Source: a virus. Taken from it: 64,000 nt of DNA. Both the position numbers and the translations under genes were made by a program. Numbering within the stretch: position 1 is the stretch's first letter; each line of letters starts with the position of its first letter. The notes beneath the pieces were generated by a model. That model was not told where the DNA came from, did no database searches, and was given only the letters and a program-made list of their open reading frames with translations. The stretch lies in the IMG/VR virus record IMGVR_UViG_3300030339_000025. One strand, written 5' to 3'. Positions 39,462 to 49,849 of the stretch are shown here, piece by piece.

Positions 39462-40172
39462 ATGAAAGTAAAAATATCATGTGGACCTGAATATGATTCT
39501 AAATATGATTGGAATTGTTTCTGTCAAGGCGGTAGTAATGGAATTGTTTTACCAAGCGGCAGTATTGATAAAATATTTGGTTCTGATCCAATTAAAGGTT
39601 TATCTGAAGGTATAGCCAATAAAGAGTCTTATACTACTGCATTTTTTGAAGCATTTCCAAAAGAACCATCTTGTTTTCTTCGTGGTGAAGGTAAAACAAT
39701 AGAAGATGCAGAAGAATCTTGCTGGATAAAATATCAAAAGGTTTTAAATTGTAACCATGAAATGGAACGTAGGGATAGAACTGATGGTTACGGATATTGT
39801 AAACATTGTTCTTATTCATCTATGGTATTTGAACCACTGACAAAATGCTGTAAATGTAATAAGCCAACAGCATTTAGTAAAGATTATAAAGATAAATATT
39901 ATTGCGAAAAGCATAATCAATCAAAACCAAAAAATCCAAATCCATCAAAATGGGAACCAAAATTTGATAACCGTGTTCCAAGAAAAAGAAAGAAGATGTT
40001 AAAGAAATGTGCAAAATGGAAATTTGAAAAAGACGGTGTATTTGGCAAAGTCACATTTTCATATAAATTTTCAAAAAAATTTACATGTGGTAAATATCAA
40101 TATAATATAATGTTTCATAGGCAAGAAATTAGTTTAATCAATGAATATAAAAATAATCTTACAAAAAAATAA
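39462..40172 (+). CDS. Cys-rich hypothetical protein
   Basis: many Cys in C..C / CxxC spacing; lysine-rich C-terminus. Confidence 0.3.
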   Translation: MKVKISCGPEYDSKYDWNCFCQGGSNGIVLPSGSIDKIFGSDPIKGLSEGIANKESYTTAFFEAFPKEPSCFLRGEGKTIEDAEESCWIKYQKVLNCNHEMERRDRTDGYGYCKHCSYSSMVFEPLTKCCKCNKPTAFSKDYKDKYYCEKHNQSKPKNPNPSKWEPKFDNRVPRKRKKMLKKCAKWKFEKDGVFGKVTFSYKFSKKFTCGKYQYNIMFHRQEISLINEYKNNLTKK

Positions 40173-40178
40173 AAAATT

Positions 40179-40421
40179 ATGAAAATTACAGTTCAAGGTA
40201 CATTTATTGACACAGAAAAAATTTATGCTATTGAAAAAATTTATGGTGATAATAATGGAAAATTTTGTTTTGATATTATATATTATAATGATCTCGGTCG
40301 TAAAACAGTTATGATAAATAAAGTTAATATTGAAAAACAGATAGAACTTTCTAAATTTTTAAACGAAAAAGGTCCAACATATTCTGAAGAAGATAAAATA
40401 AAAATTGCTGATTCACGGTAA
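40179..40421 (+). CDS. hypothetical protein
   Basis: 80-aa ORF. Confidence 0.3.
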   Translation: MKITVQGTFIDTEKIYAIEKIYGDNNGKFCFDIIYYNDLGRKTVMINKVNIEKQIELSKFLNEKGPTYSEEDKIKIADSR

Positions 40422-40548
40422 GAAATATTTTCAGTAAATAAAGAACGATTAGAAAAAATGAGACTTGATATTGTCAAACTGTGGTCTGATAATCAATCAA
40501 CAATTCCATCATTTGAAATTGAAAACTATTAAATAAAAATTAAATATT

Positions 40549-40977
40549 ATGAATAATATCAATCCTAGAGTAGGAGTAGCAGTAATAATAAGAAATAAAA
40601 AAAACGAAATATTACTTGGCTATAGAAAAAATATTAATTTAGGTTATCATACTTGGGGATTACCTGGGGGTAAACTTGATTTTGGTGAAGACCTAAAAGA
40701 TTGTGCTATAAGAGAATTAAAAGAAGAAACAAATTTAACTGTGGATTATAATAATCTTGTACTTGCTGGTGTTACTAATGCTATTTTTGATAAAGAAACT
40801 CATTATATTACAGTTATATATGAAGTTGTAAAATATATTAATAAAAATGAACTTAATAATTTAACAATTGTTGAGCCAGACAAATGTGAAGAATGGAAAT
40901 TCTTTAATTTTAAAGAATTTCCAGAAAATCTATTTTTGCCATTGAAAAATTTTGTGTATGAAAGAAAAATATTTTAA
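40549..40977 (+). CDS. Nudix hydrolase (MutT-like)
   Basis: Nudix box GGKLDFGEDLKDCAIRELKEETNL. Confidence 0.65.
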   Translation: MNNINPRVGVAVIIRNKKNEILLGYRKNINLGYHTWGLPGGKLDFGEDLKDCAIRELKEETNLTVDYNNLVLAGVTNAIFDKETHYITVIYEVVKYINKNELNNLTIVEPDKCEEWKFFNFKEFPENLFLPLKNFVYERKIF

Positions 40978-41233
40978 TAGGTTTTGTGATTATTCTTTTA
41001 AAGAAGGAGATTTTGTAATATGTAAACAAAATAGTGGATTTAGTCACGATTTAATATTAGGTAAAAAATATAAAGTAATAACATCAACATATGTGAAATT
41101 TGGTGCTAATCAGATTGACATAATAGGTGAAAATGGATTTTTATCTGGATTATTTGCAAGCAGGTTTACTACAGTTAAAATAGAAAGAAAAAATAAATTA
41201 ATAAACATAAATAAAATAAAAGATGAAAACTAA
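40952..41233 (+). CDS. hypothetical protein
   Basis: 93-aa ORF. Confidence 0.3.
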   Translation: MCMKEKYFNRFCDYSFKEGDFVICKQNSGFSHDLILGKKYKVITSTYVKFGANQIDIIGENGFLSGLFASRFTTVKIERKNKLININKIKDEN

Positions 41234-41411
41234 GTCATTAGAAAAAGTAAGTGTGCCAGATGGTACTTACAAAGGATTATGGTCAGGTTACACGGTGCAA
41301 GTTATATTACCGGGTATAGTATCTGTGCCATTTAAGGTAAACAATGGTATTAGAGGCATCAATTGTAAGTGTGAAGTTGAAATTATTGATGGCTGGATGT
41401 TTGTTAAATAA
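41223..41411 (+). CDS. hypothetical protein
   Basis: 62-aa ORF. Confidence 0.25.
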   Translation: MKTKSLEKVSVPDGTYKGLWSGYTVQVILPGIVSVPFKVNNGIRGINCKCEVEIIDGWMFVK

Positions 41412-41585
41412 AAAAAGGCCCCCAAAAATTAAGCACAACTACTTTACCAATAAAATCAGTTTTCTTAATTTTTTTAAAGTTGATATTTGTGAACAATTTT
41501 AAATCAAAAACCAACATGAGAAATTTTTTTAAAGTAATAGTTTTTTGTTCCATTCTTTTCACTGGAGGATGGAATTATCAGGACA

Positions 41586-41692
41586 TAAAAAAACCCCGGT
41601 TCCAAACCGAGGATTTGTTCCGGGCCTTCCGAGGTCGTACAACCTCTTTGGTCTAGAGACTACAAATATACACTTGTTTTTTGAAAATTGTA
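41586..41692 (-). ncRNA. candidate small structured RNA or structured 3' UTR downstream of csp, with intrinsic terminator
   Basis: Local GC-rich island in AT-rich DNA. Nested complementary segments (cccgg...ccggg; gagg...cctc; cggtt-tgg-aaccg) followed by a T7 run on the minus strand. A TAtaTTTG-like element lies just upstream on the minus strand. Confidence 0.3.
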
Positions 41693-41791
41693 TCGCAATT
41701 GAATGAATTTTGAAAAAAATTAAAGGATCGATAGAAGTGAACTAGGATAAGAATATTAAAAAAGTTTGTTTAGAAAATGTTTAAAAATATC

Positions 41792-41992
41792 TTAGTTTAA
41801 AACTCTAACATTTACTGCATTCTGACCTTTTTTACCTGGTACAACTTCATACTCAACTTCGTCATTTTCTCTAATTTCATCAATTAAACCTGTAGCGTGT
41901 ACGAAAACCTCGTTACCTGTCTGATTTTCAATTAAAAATCCAAACCCTTTCGCGCTGTTATAAAATTTGCAGGTTCCATTCAATTTACTCAT
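41792..41992 (-). CDS. cspA: cold-shock protein
   Basis: KFYNSAKGFGFL ... VFVHATGL RNP1/RNP2 CSD motifs. Confidence 0.9.
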   Translation of the reverse strand: MSKLNGTCKFYNSAKGFGFLIENQTGNEVFVHATGLIDEIRENDEVEYEVVPGKKGQNAVNVRVLN

Positions 41993-42018
41993 TTTTTATT
42001 TATTTATTTTTTATTTGC

Positions 42019-42032
42019 GGAAAATTCCGCAT
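42019..42032. promoter_or_regulatory. perfect palindrome gcggaaaattccgc in csp upstream region
   Basis: 14-bp inverted repeat ~30 bp upstream of csp start. Confidence 0.25.
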
Positions 42033-42085
42033 ACTATATAGTAATAAAAATAACTAAGTTTTAGATATATTTAAAAGCAAATAAA

Positions 42086-42112
42086 AAAACCTCTTAAATA
42101 GAGGTTTAGTAG
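42086..42112 (-). terminator. rho-independent terminator for 42130..42534
   Basis: minus strand aacctct-attta-agaggtt followed by T7. Confidence 0.55.
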
Positions 42113-42129
42113 ATAGAATTCTTTATTTA

Positions 42130-42534
42130 TTATTGTTCTTTTTCTTTTATTGTGTTATAGAGTTTATCAAAACGAGAATCTGTGCTTTTTTCTAATTTTT
42201 TGTGTGATTTTACCCATTCATTTAATTCTATTTGAATATCACTTAAAAAACCTCTATGCAATTCTTCAAAATCTAAATTTGTTTGTTTTTTATACTCTTC
42301 TAAATTTTTCAAGTGTAAATCAGAGATTTCTTGTATATTTTTATAAAGATCATTTATCGAAGATGATAATGATTGATCATTTTCATCCATTCTTTTTCTT
42401 ATTCCGTCAAGTTGAGCTTTGACTTTCTTCTTAAATTTTATTGATCTACAAGACACCACACTTAACCATACTAAAAGTACAACTAAACCAGCACCTAACA
42501 ATGTCAATAAAATTGTTGCTAAAATTATATTCAT
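42130..42534 (-). CDS. membrane-anchored coiled-coil protein
   Basis: N-terminal TM helix ILATILLTLLGAGLVVLLVWL then heptad-like charged region. Confidence 0.35.
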   Translation of the reverse strand: MNIILATILLTLLGAGLVVLLVWLSVVSCRSIKFKKKVKAQLDGIRKRMDENDQSLSSSINDLYKNIQEISDLHLKNLEEYKKQTNLDFEELHRGFLSDIQIELNEWVKSHKKLEKSTDSRFDKLYNTIKEKEQ

Positions 42535-42619
42535 TTTTTTTATTATTTTTTTTGTAGAATTCTATCTATTCAATTATAGATAAATATTTATTTTAGTTTT
42601 GAAAAATTATATATAGAAT

Positions 42620-42937
42620 ATGAAAATTAAAAGATTTAATGAATCATTAAGCAGACCAAAATATGATCATACTGAAAAATTATTAAAGGTACAAATTAGT
42701 GGTGAATTTTTAGTTCCATTAAGTAAAATAAAAGAAACTGAAGCTTATTATAAAATTATAAATAAAGGCTATAGGCAAGATTATTATTCTGCAATATGGT
42801 ATGGTATAGAAGAATATGCTGCTGAACGCGGTGAAAGTGAATTTTCTTGGATATTAGTTGATGGTAACGGTAATGTTATTGAAGATGAGAAAGAATTTGA
42901 TAAACAAGTAGAAATAATTAAAAAATATAACGTATGA
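42620..42937 (+). CDS. MKxIKxFE/KYNI-family protein (array 3, member 1)
   Basis: MKIKRFNESL...KYNV. Confidence 0.5.
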   Translation: MKIKRFNESLSRPKYDHTEKLLKVQISGEFLVPLSKIKETEAYYKIINKGYRQDYYSAIWYGIEEYAAERGESEFSWILVDGNGNVIEDEKEFDKQVEIIKKYNV

Positions 42938-43416
42938 AATTTATAAAAACATATGAAGGCTATGGTTATAAATGGAAAAATATAGTTGAAAAAAATGACA
43001 AATTATATATTAATTTATATCAATTAGCACGTGAAATGGAATATTCTGCTAATAATGAAAGAGAATTTAAAAAATTAAGAAGAGGACATTATTCTACACC
43101 TTCTGATATAGAAATTATATCAAATCAGGAATGTGAATATAGGAATTTAATTTTTAAGTTATTAATTGACAAAGTTATATCATTTGAAGATGAAAATTCT
43201 AATTCACATTTTGGTATATGTGATAGAATTTCGTTTGAATCAGGGCCAAGCGGATTCGTTAAAGAAATTCAATATACATTTCAATTTGAATATATAAGTA
43301 TAAGAATATATGAAGAAGATGAATGGTATAATGTAGGCGCAGGAAATAAAGATGTTATAGTACATTTAAATATAGATCCTGAAATATATAAAAATAATAT
43401 AAAATTTAATATATGA
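42934..43416 (+). CDS. MKxIKxFE/KYNI-family protein (array 3, member 2)
   Basis: MKFIKTYEGY...KFNI. Confidence 0.5.
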   Translation: MKFIKTYEGYGYKWKNIVEKNDKLYINLYQLAREMEYSANNEREFKKLRRGHYSTPSDIEIISNQECEYRNLIFKLLIDKVISFEDENSNSHFGICDRISFESGPSGFVKEIQYTFQFEYISIRIYEEDEWYNVGAGNKDVIVHLNIDPEIYKNNIKFNI

Positions 43417-44108
43417 TAACTAAATTCGAATTATATAATGAAAGTATAAATTTTAATTTAAAACTTATAACAAGTTTATTTCCAATATTATATAAAAAGG
43501 CAATAAAAAATATTATTAATATACATCAATCATTATCAGAGGATCATATTCTTGAATTTATAAACCATTATATTTATAATAACTATGGTGTAGATTTGCC
43601 TAACTCTAAAGAAATATATAATTATGTTAAATATTTAGTTCATAAAAATTTTATACATAAAAACGATAATATGTCTGAATCATTAATGTCATACACATTT
43701 ACAACTAGTGGAATGACAAGTAAAAAATATTATTTACCAACTACACCTATTGATAGTAGGGATTTATTTATTTATATTAGAACTCTTGATATTATAAAAA
43801 CTAAAAATTTATTAAAACAAGGTGCAGATGTAAATATTCAAGATAAAAATTTTGGAAGGACACCATTAATCAAACTTATATTAGGATATAGTCATAACGC
43901 GGAAAAAATAATTAAAATGATTAAAATATTAGTTAAATATGGTGTAGATTTAGACATTCAGGATTACAACGGATGTACTGCATTAATGGCAGCATCTGGT
44001 GCTAAATATATAGTATCTTATCCAATAATGTATGAATTAATAGAACTTGGTGCAAATTGGAATATTAAAACATTAGATAATAAAGATTTTATAGATATAT
44101 TGATGTAA
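43413..44108 (+). CDS. ankyrin-repeat protein with family-type N-terminus
   Basis: MITKFELYNES N-term; GADVNIQDKNFGRTPL ... GVDLDIQDYNGCTALM ankyrin consensus. Confidence 0.55.
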   Translation: MITKFELYNESINFNLKLITSLFPILYKKAIKNIINIHQSLSEDHILEFINHYIYNNYGVDLPNSKEIYNYVKYLVHKNFIHKNDNMSESLMSYTFTTSGMTSKKYYLPTTPIDSRDLFIYIRTLDIIKTKNLLKQGADVNIQDKNFGRTPLIKLILGYSHNAEKIIKMIKILVKYGVDLDIQDYNGCTALMAASGAKYIVSYPIMYELIELGANWNIKTLDNKDFIDILM

Positions 44109-44184
44109 GTTGATAAATCTATAGTTGAAGAATTGAAAACAAAATATCCAGAAAAATTTAAAAAATATCTAATTAAAAAAGAAA

Positions 44185-44466
44185 TTGATAAATATAATTT
44201 ATGAAATAACCATATGGTTTAAAAAATATAAGTTTATTATGAAAAAAACTAAAACGGAAATTATAAAGAGTGAAAAAATTACAAAAGATATGGCATTATA
44301 TGAATTATCTAATAATGATTTATCTAAAGATGAAATAGATGAATATCTTGAAATAATAACAGCTATTAATGAAGGATTATATGTTTATAACCTTACAACA
44401 ACTAATGGTGAATATTTATTATATGCTAAAGATGAGGCGATTAAAGATACAAAAAAGAAAAAATGA
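44185..44466 (+). CDS. hypothetical protein
   Basis: 93-aa ORF inside array 3. Confidence 0.3.
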   Translation: MINIIYEITIWFKKYKFIMKKTKTEIIKSEKITKDMALYELSNNDLSKDEIDEYLEIITAINEGLYVYNLTTTNGEYLLYAKDEAIKDTKKKK

Positions 44467-44984
44467 TAACAAAATTTAAAATCTTTGAACAAAGTTCAAA
44501 TCTGAATAATCAGATATTTGAAAATGTAAAAAATGATTATATGCTTGGTAAGGATCAATTCTTTATTAATGATGTTATGAAATATTTAGATATTGATGTT
44601 GATACGATGATCATGGATGAAAAAACTGAACTTAAAAGTAAATATAATATAGATGTTATTGATTTTATTAAAGAAATTCTATTAAATAAAACTATTATAT
44701 TTCAAAATGAGAATAGAATTCAAAAAAATCCAATTAGAAAAGGTAAAGTTATTAATGTTAATATTTTTTTTTATAAAGATGATTTTTGGCTTCATGTCAA
44801 TTTAAAAACTCCACAAATTTTAATAGATAAAAAATTTGTGGAGTACCAAGGAACGTTAAATGGTTGTGGTGATTTTTTAATAAAAAATAATAGTATAGTT
44901 ACAATTTATGATTATGATGCTGATAATAAACCATTACATAAATTAGTTAAATTAAAAAAGGAAACTGAAAAATATAATATATGA
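44463..44984 (+). CDS. MKxIKxFE/KYNI-family protein (array 3)
   Basis: MITKFKIFEQ...KYNI. Confidence 0.5.
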   Translation: MITKFKIFEQSSNLNNQIFENVKNDYMLGKDQFFINDVMKYLDIDVDTMIMDEKTELKSKYNIDVIDFIKEILLNKTIIFQNENRIQKNPIRKGKVINVNIFFYKDDFWLHVNLKTPQILIDKKFVEYQGTLNGCGDFLIKNNSIVTIYDYDADNKPLHKLVKLKKETEKYNI

Positions 44985-45490
44985 AACATATACAATTATA
45001 TGAGGCATTTAAAAAGCATCTTGTAGGTTGGGTTGGACCATCATTTATACATCGTGAGCAACCAATTAGAGATGAATTTGCTAAGGTTAAAGATGAATTA
45101 TATAAATCATTTAATTTAAAAAGTTTAAAAGAAGATTGTCAAACATATGGTATTGATTTTTATAATTTAGTTAAAGAATTAATTATAAATAAAAAAATAG
45201 CATTTCAATGCACTTGGTGCTATAGTTCAGATTTTTTTGAGGATTTTCCACATTCTAAACCTCATAGTATTATTGGTGTGTGTAAAGATGTTATATTTGA
45301 AAATCCAAGATATCATGATTCTGATCTTTTAGTTAAAATTGATAATGATGATAAGTGGCACACATTATTTGTAAGGTTTAATAACCCTAAATCTCAACCT
45401 AAGTTTAGCGTTAGAATATATAATTATACAGAAGGAATATTAATTAAAAAATTAGAAATGCTAAAAAATATGGAAAAATATAATATATAA
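44981..45490 (+). CDS. MKxIKxFE/KYNI-family protein (array 3)
   Basis: MKHIQLYEAF...KYNI. Confidence 0.5.
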   Translation: MKHIQLYEAFKKHLVGWVGPSFIHREQPIRDEFAKVKDELYKSFNLKSLKEDCQTYGIDFYNLVKELIINKKIAFQCTWCYSSDFFEDFPHSKPHSIIGVCKDVIFENPRYHDSDLLVKIDNDDKWHTLFVRFNNPKSQPKFSVRIYNYTEGILIKKLEMLKNMEKYNI

Positions 45491-45636
45491 TGGATTATAC
45501 TTATAAAATTTGTAATTTATGTGATGCTAGAGGATATGATAGTAATACTAAAATAACATGTCAAAAATGTAAAGGTAAGGGAATTGAAATATTTCCAATA
45601 ATTAAAAAAGATGATAAAAAAGATGATAAAGATTAA
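45490..45636 (+). CDS. small zinc-ribbon protein (48 aa, below ORF-track cutoff)
   Basis: ATG at 45490 fused to the preceding TAA; MDYTYKICNLCDARG...CQKCKGKG. Confidence 0.3.
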   Translation: MDYTYKICNLCDARGYDSNTKITCQKCKGKGIEIFPIIKKDDKKDDKD

Positions 45637-45793
45637 TATTTATTACATTTTTCAGTAGTTAATTGTGATTTTAACTCTCCTTCATATATTATATAACCTT
45701 CTATTTTTTCTTTTAATTTTTTATTTTCCTTTTCTAATAATTTTATTTTATTTTTTAATTTTTCAATTTCTAAATTTATATTCATATTAGTTT

Positions 45794-46426
45794 TTATATT
45801 ATATATAATTTTTTTAAGATTTTATTCTTTAATTTTTTAAAAAAATCAAATGTTAATACTTTCATATTATAAATTTCTTTTATTTTATGATTTCTTATAT
45901 TATATCTATAATGTGGTGCCAATTTATGTATTAAGACACCCAATTTACCATCTTCATTTGAATCTATTAATGTGCTTTCCATGACCATCAATTCATTTAA
46001 TTTATAATATTCACTCAGCCAAGGTATTGTTAATATTAATTTCACTGTGTTACCGCAATAAATAGGTACTAATACATTTAATTTATCATATTCATTCAGT
46101 CTATCTTTAATAAATGTGCTGATATTATTATGCGTAGTTGAATAATTTTTATATAAAAAATAATACACCTCATCGTATTTATAATAAAAACGATTGTTTT
46201 TCCAATCTTGCTCAAATAAACAAATCCCTGTAACCTTTGATGGTAAAGTAATTGGTAATCCTGATATTTTACACAATTTTATTTTCCTAATAAATTGTGT
46301 ATCATAAAACATAAATATGGATTGTGGATAATCTTTGTGTGTAACAGGATAACATGAATTATATAAATTACAAAACCAATTTATTATTTCTTCTTTTGTT
46401 ATTTTTGGGTTTCTTGGTTTGTTCAT
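45794..46426 (-). CDS. hypothetical protein
   Basis: 210-aa ORF. Confidence 0.3.
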   Translation of the reverse strand: MNKPRNPKITKEEIINWFCNLYNSCYPVTHKDYPQSIFMFYDTQFIRKIKLCKISGLPITLPSKVTGICLFEQDWKNNRFYYKYDEVYYFLYKNYSTTHNNISTFIKDRLNEYDKLNVLVPIYCGNTVKLILTIPWLSEYYKLNELMVMESTLIDSNEDGKLGVLIHKLAPHYRYNIRNHKIKEIYNMKVLTFDFFKKLKNKILKKLYII

Positions 46427-46896
46427 AATAAATGTTCTAAAACAGCATTCCAGTCTTGATATTCATTCATACTATCTGTAATATGATTATATCCAAATTT
46501 TATTAATTCACCTTCAAATTCACCGGCACCATTTTTTTCTCTATCATCAATTAATATGTCTCCTTTTAACATATCTTTTCTATGAGTTAGAATTAATCTT
46601 TTATGAAACATATTTCCAAAATATGTTTCAATCCAATATCGTTTATCTGTTGCAGCATCAGGATTACCCCAAGGCGCGGCTGTTGCAATATACATATCAT
46701 ATTTTCCAGATAGATATAATTTATTAATTGCATCTATCGCACCTGGATATGGTTTAGGATTTCTAAATATGCCATGTATATGATCTGGACAATGTTCATA
46801 TTTGTCAAATAAATATGGATATTTTTCAAAAAATTCTTCTATGTGTTTTTTTAGGTCAACTATAACACCGTCCATATCAATAAATAGTGTTCTCAT
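46423..46896 (-). CDS. HAD-family 5'(3')-deoxyribonucleotidase
   Basis: N-terminal FIDMDGVIVD motif I. Confidence 0.6.
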   Translation of the reverse strand: MRTLFIDMDGVIVDLKKHIEEFFEKYPYLFDKYEHCPDHIHGIFRNPKPYPGAIDAINKLYLSGKYDMYIATAAPWGNPDAATDKRYWIETYFGNMFHKRLILTHRKDMLKGDILIDDREKNGAGEFEGELIKFGYNHITDSMNEYQDWNAVLEHLL

Positions 46897-47099
46897 TCGA
46901 TATCTTTTAATTTTTCTAGTTTTTTTCTACGTAAAAATTTTTCAATTTCAGCAATAGGTATTCGTTCTAAGGTATCTTCGTTTGTTACATTTTTTCTTAT
47001 ATAGTATTTATTATATAATTGTGTATAACTACTATAATTATATGGTAAAAATTTAGCACCATCATAATTTAAATCAATCCAATCTTTATCATCATTCAT
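46893..47099 (-). CDS. hypothetical protein
   Basis: 68-aa ORF; C-term RRKKLEKLKDIE tail. Confidence 0.3.
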   Translation of the reverse strand: MNDDKDWIDLNYDGAKFLPYNYSSYTQLYNKYYIRKNVTNEDTLERIPIAEIEKFLRRKKLEKLKDIE

Positions 47100-47104
47100 A
47101 AAAT

Positions 47105-47692
47105 TTATCCTTTTAATTTTTTTAATTCATTATTAATTAATTTAACATTTTCAAATTTATCTGTCCATAATTTGAAAAATTCTTCTTTTTTACGATAAGA
47201 ATATATAATTCTAGAAATCATTTTAGCGACAATTTCAGTATCATTTTTTAACCAATCTTGATATGTATCTTCGATAATCTCTTTCATTTGTTCAAGATCA
47301 AGAAAAACAAGTTTTTCTTTTCTATCATGTTGTTTGCCTATTAATTTTTCAATTTCGTAAATATCAGGACTATATATAGTTTCTCTCAATTTAGTAGTTA
47401 ATGTTTTTATTTCCACAGAAAAATTATCAGTTATTAATTCAGAAAGATGATTTGCAATTGGTGGTATATTTGTGCCATATGATATATAAGAAAATGCAAA
47501 ATTTATTCTAAATTCTATAGTAAATTTATAACCATTATAATCTGGACTTTTATATATAGTTCTATCTATTTTTAATTCTTCTGTCCATTTTGTCATATCA
47601 TTTTGTAAAGATAATATAAATAACTCTTCATATTTTTTCTTACGATATGAATCTTCAATTTCCCATACATCGTTATAATATCTGTTTGCCAT
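47105..47692 (-). CDS. hypothetical protein
   Basis: 195-aa ORF. Confidence 0.3.
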   Translation of the reverse strand: MANRYYNDVWEIEDSYRKKKYEELFILSLQNDMTKWTEELKIDRTIYKSPDYNGYKFTIEFRINFAFSYISYGTNIPPIANHLSELITDNFSVEIKTLTTKLRETIYSPDIYEIEKLIGKQHDRKEKLVFLDLEQMKEIIEDTYQDWLKNDTEIVAKMISRIIYSYRKKEEFFKLWTDKFENVKLINNELKKLKG

Positions 47693-47799
47693 ACTATTTA
47701 TATAATAATTTAATCAAAAGTATTAAAAAAAATTTAATAAAAAAAATTATTTTTTTTTATCTAAAACTTTTATGTATATTTGTTTTAAATATAAATAAG

Positions 47800-47958
47800 A
47801 TGAATAAAATAAAACTTTGGTGGATTATAGTATTGGTATTTTTAATACTTAGTATTTTTGCAAATGGAATACTTTCAAATTTACTTTTATTTATCAGTAT
47901 ATTTACATTAATTTGGAATCTTGGCGAATTATATTTAAATAGAATAGAAAATAATTAA
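47800..47958 (+). CDS. small two-TM membrane protein
   Basis: MNKIKLWWIIVLVFLILSIF...; internal start chosen because the longer ORF overlaps the upstream minus gene; TAtaTTTG motif ~15 nt upstream. Confidence 0.3.
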   Translation: MNKIKLWWIIVLVFLILSIFANGILSNLLLFISIFTLIWNLGELYLNRIENN

Positions 47959-47960
47959 AA

Positions 47961-48713
47961 ATGAAAGAAAACAATTCAATGACAAATATTTTTCAAGGAA
48001 ATGATTTGATAAAACAGGTGATAGCGAAAAATCTTGGTTATAATATTTCAAAGAATTATATAGGAGCATCATTTACGGAAGATATATTTTTTTCAACTTT
48101 TTTTTATCTCTCAAAACGTTTTGGTCCGCCAACTATGTTTGATGACGGTAAAGAGGCTGGTACGTGGAATTTTAAAGTTAAAAATTTTGAAATTGGTATT
48201 AGACTTAATAGTTGCTGGGTCGAATTTATGATTTTTGGAAAAATTGGTAATCCTGAAATTCATAGTCCTTACATTGTGAAATTAAGAAGGGAATGGAAAA
48301 AAAAGAGAAATAACTTACTTTCAGAATATGGTGAATGGAACGAAAATGAAAAAAAATTATCAAATATTTGGTTTAAAGATTTCTGTTTAGAATTTAAAAT
48401 TCCAAATGAAATAACTCAAGAAGAATTTAATGAAAAGTTTAGCTATAAATGGTATGAATTTATATGTAAGAGAAATAAAGAAATACTTAATATTGATTAT
48501 AAAGAAATAGAATCAAAATATGGTAATTTATATCAAAATTCATATACACGTTATGCGCTAAAAACATTAGATAAATTTTTAAAAAATATGCTAACCCCTA
48601 TTTGGATAAGGGATGTGTCGTATAATATTAAAGGTCAGATAAGCAATGATGATTTTAAGAAATGTTGTAATTATGAAAATAATATTAAAATAGAGATTGA
48701 AGATGAAGAATAA
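47961..48713 (+). CDS. hypothetical protein
   Basis: 250-aa ORF. Confidence 0.3.
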   Translation: MKENNSMTNIFQGNDLIKQVIAKNLGYNISKNYIGASFTEDIFFSTFFYLSKRFGPPTMFDDGKEAGTWNFKVKNFEIGIRLNSCWVEFMIFGKIGNPEIHSPYIVKLRREWKKKRNNLLSEYGEWNENEKKLSNIWFKDFCLEFKIPNEITQEEFNEKFSYKWYEFICKRNKEILNIDYKEIESKYGNLYQNSYTRYALKTLDKFLKNMLTPIWIRDVSYNIKGQISNDDFKKCCNYENNIKIEIEDEE

Positions 48714-48866
48714 TAAATGTAAAAACGAAGTTTTAACAGATCCTGAATATATATGGAGCAAAGAAAAAATTGATGAAATTAAAAGTATTATTGATTTGGA
48801 ATTAAGTAAATTATCACCAGACGAATTAAAAGAAATTGAATTACTTGTAAAAAAATATAACACATT

Positions 48867-49571
48867 ATGATTAAAAACATTGAAGATTGGGATAAATTTA
48901 CAAAAGATTTATCGGAAAATATACTTCCACTTTATCAGCATCATGAGAACACATTTGATAAATATGGTATTCATGGTAGACTTCATATCTCACGTGCAGT
49001 CTTATTTGCCGAATTTATGTCCAGATTCTATTTTAATGAATTTGATAGAGATATAGAATTCACAGGAATAAGATATGCTATAGCATTTCATGATTCTGGT
49101 AGACAAGGCAATGGTATGGATATTTGGGAAAGTGACAGTTCAAAAAATTGTTATAATTATTTATTATCAAAAGGTTACGATGATAACTATTCAGATTATG
49201 TGTCACATTTTATAGAAAAAACTGGATGGATGGATGTAGATAAGCAAATTGTACAAGATGCTGATGTATTAGAAATAATGAGACCTTGTTGCTATCATGG
49301 CGGTAGAGATGGCTTTATGCCGGATAGACTTAAATTTTTAACTTCAACCTGGTCTAAGAAACCTGCTAATGTTCGTTATTTGGAAGACCATGTTAAACGA
49401 GTAATTGATGTTAGAAACAATTTAATAGAGGACAGCTGGAAATTTATAAAATATACTGAAGATAATAAACAGTTATTTAATAATAATGAAAATAATCATC
49501 TATATACAATGATTGATATTCTTGAGAAAAATAGAAATGATTATTCAGTATTAAACCAATTAATAGAATGA
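48867..49571 (+). CDS. HD-domain protein
   Basis: HGRLHISR ... AFHDSGR pattern. Confidence 0.45.
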   Translation: MIKNIEDWDKFTKDLSENILPLYQHHENTFDKYGIHGRLHISRAVLFAEFMSRFYFNEFDRDIEFTGIRYAIAFHDSGRQGNGMDIWESDSSKNCYNYLLSKGYDDNYSDYVSHFIEKTGWMDVDKQIVQDADVLEIMRPCCYHGGRDGFMPDRLKFLTSTWSKKPANVRYLEDHVKRVIDVRNNLIEDSWKFIKYTEDNKQLFNNNENNHLYTMIDILEKNRNDYSVLNQLIE

Positions 49572-49603
49572 AATGGTTAAAAGAAGAAAAACTAAAACTT
49601 GGA

Positions 49604-49837
49604 TTAAATTAAAGTAGTTAAAAGTTTTAATTGAGTTTCAATTATTTCTATATTAATTTTATTGCCAATAATTTTGATAATAAAATGATCGAAAACCCAA
49701 AACCATTTTGCATTAATTTGTATTTCACATTTACAATCATTCTTATCGCATAATTCTTGCACACATTTATTAAAATGCGCCCGTACATTTTTAGAACTAA
49801 TGAGTTTTATTTTATATGTTGTTTCAAATATTTCCAT
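49604..49837 (-). CDS. hypothetical protein
   Basis: 77-aa ORF. Confidence 0.25.
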   Translation of the reverse strand: MEIFETTYKIKLISSKNVRAHFNKCVQELCDKNDCKCEIQINAKWFWVFDHFIIKIIGNKINIEIIETQLKLLTTLI

Positions 49838-49849
49838 TTTTATTTTGTT

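Noticed and set aside
41586-41692. Identification of the GC-rich element as SRP (4.5S) RNA
   Set aside because: Only a short cUCGGAAGGc stretch resembles the domain IV GGAA tetraloop. The flanking conserved AGCAGCC/CAGG internal-loop residues are absent, so it is kept only as an unclassified structured element.
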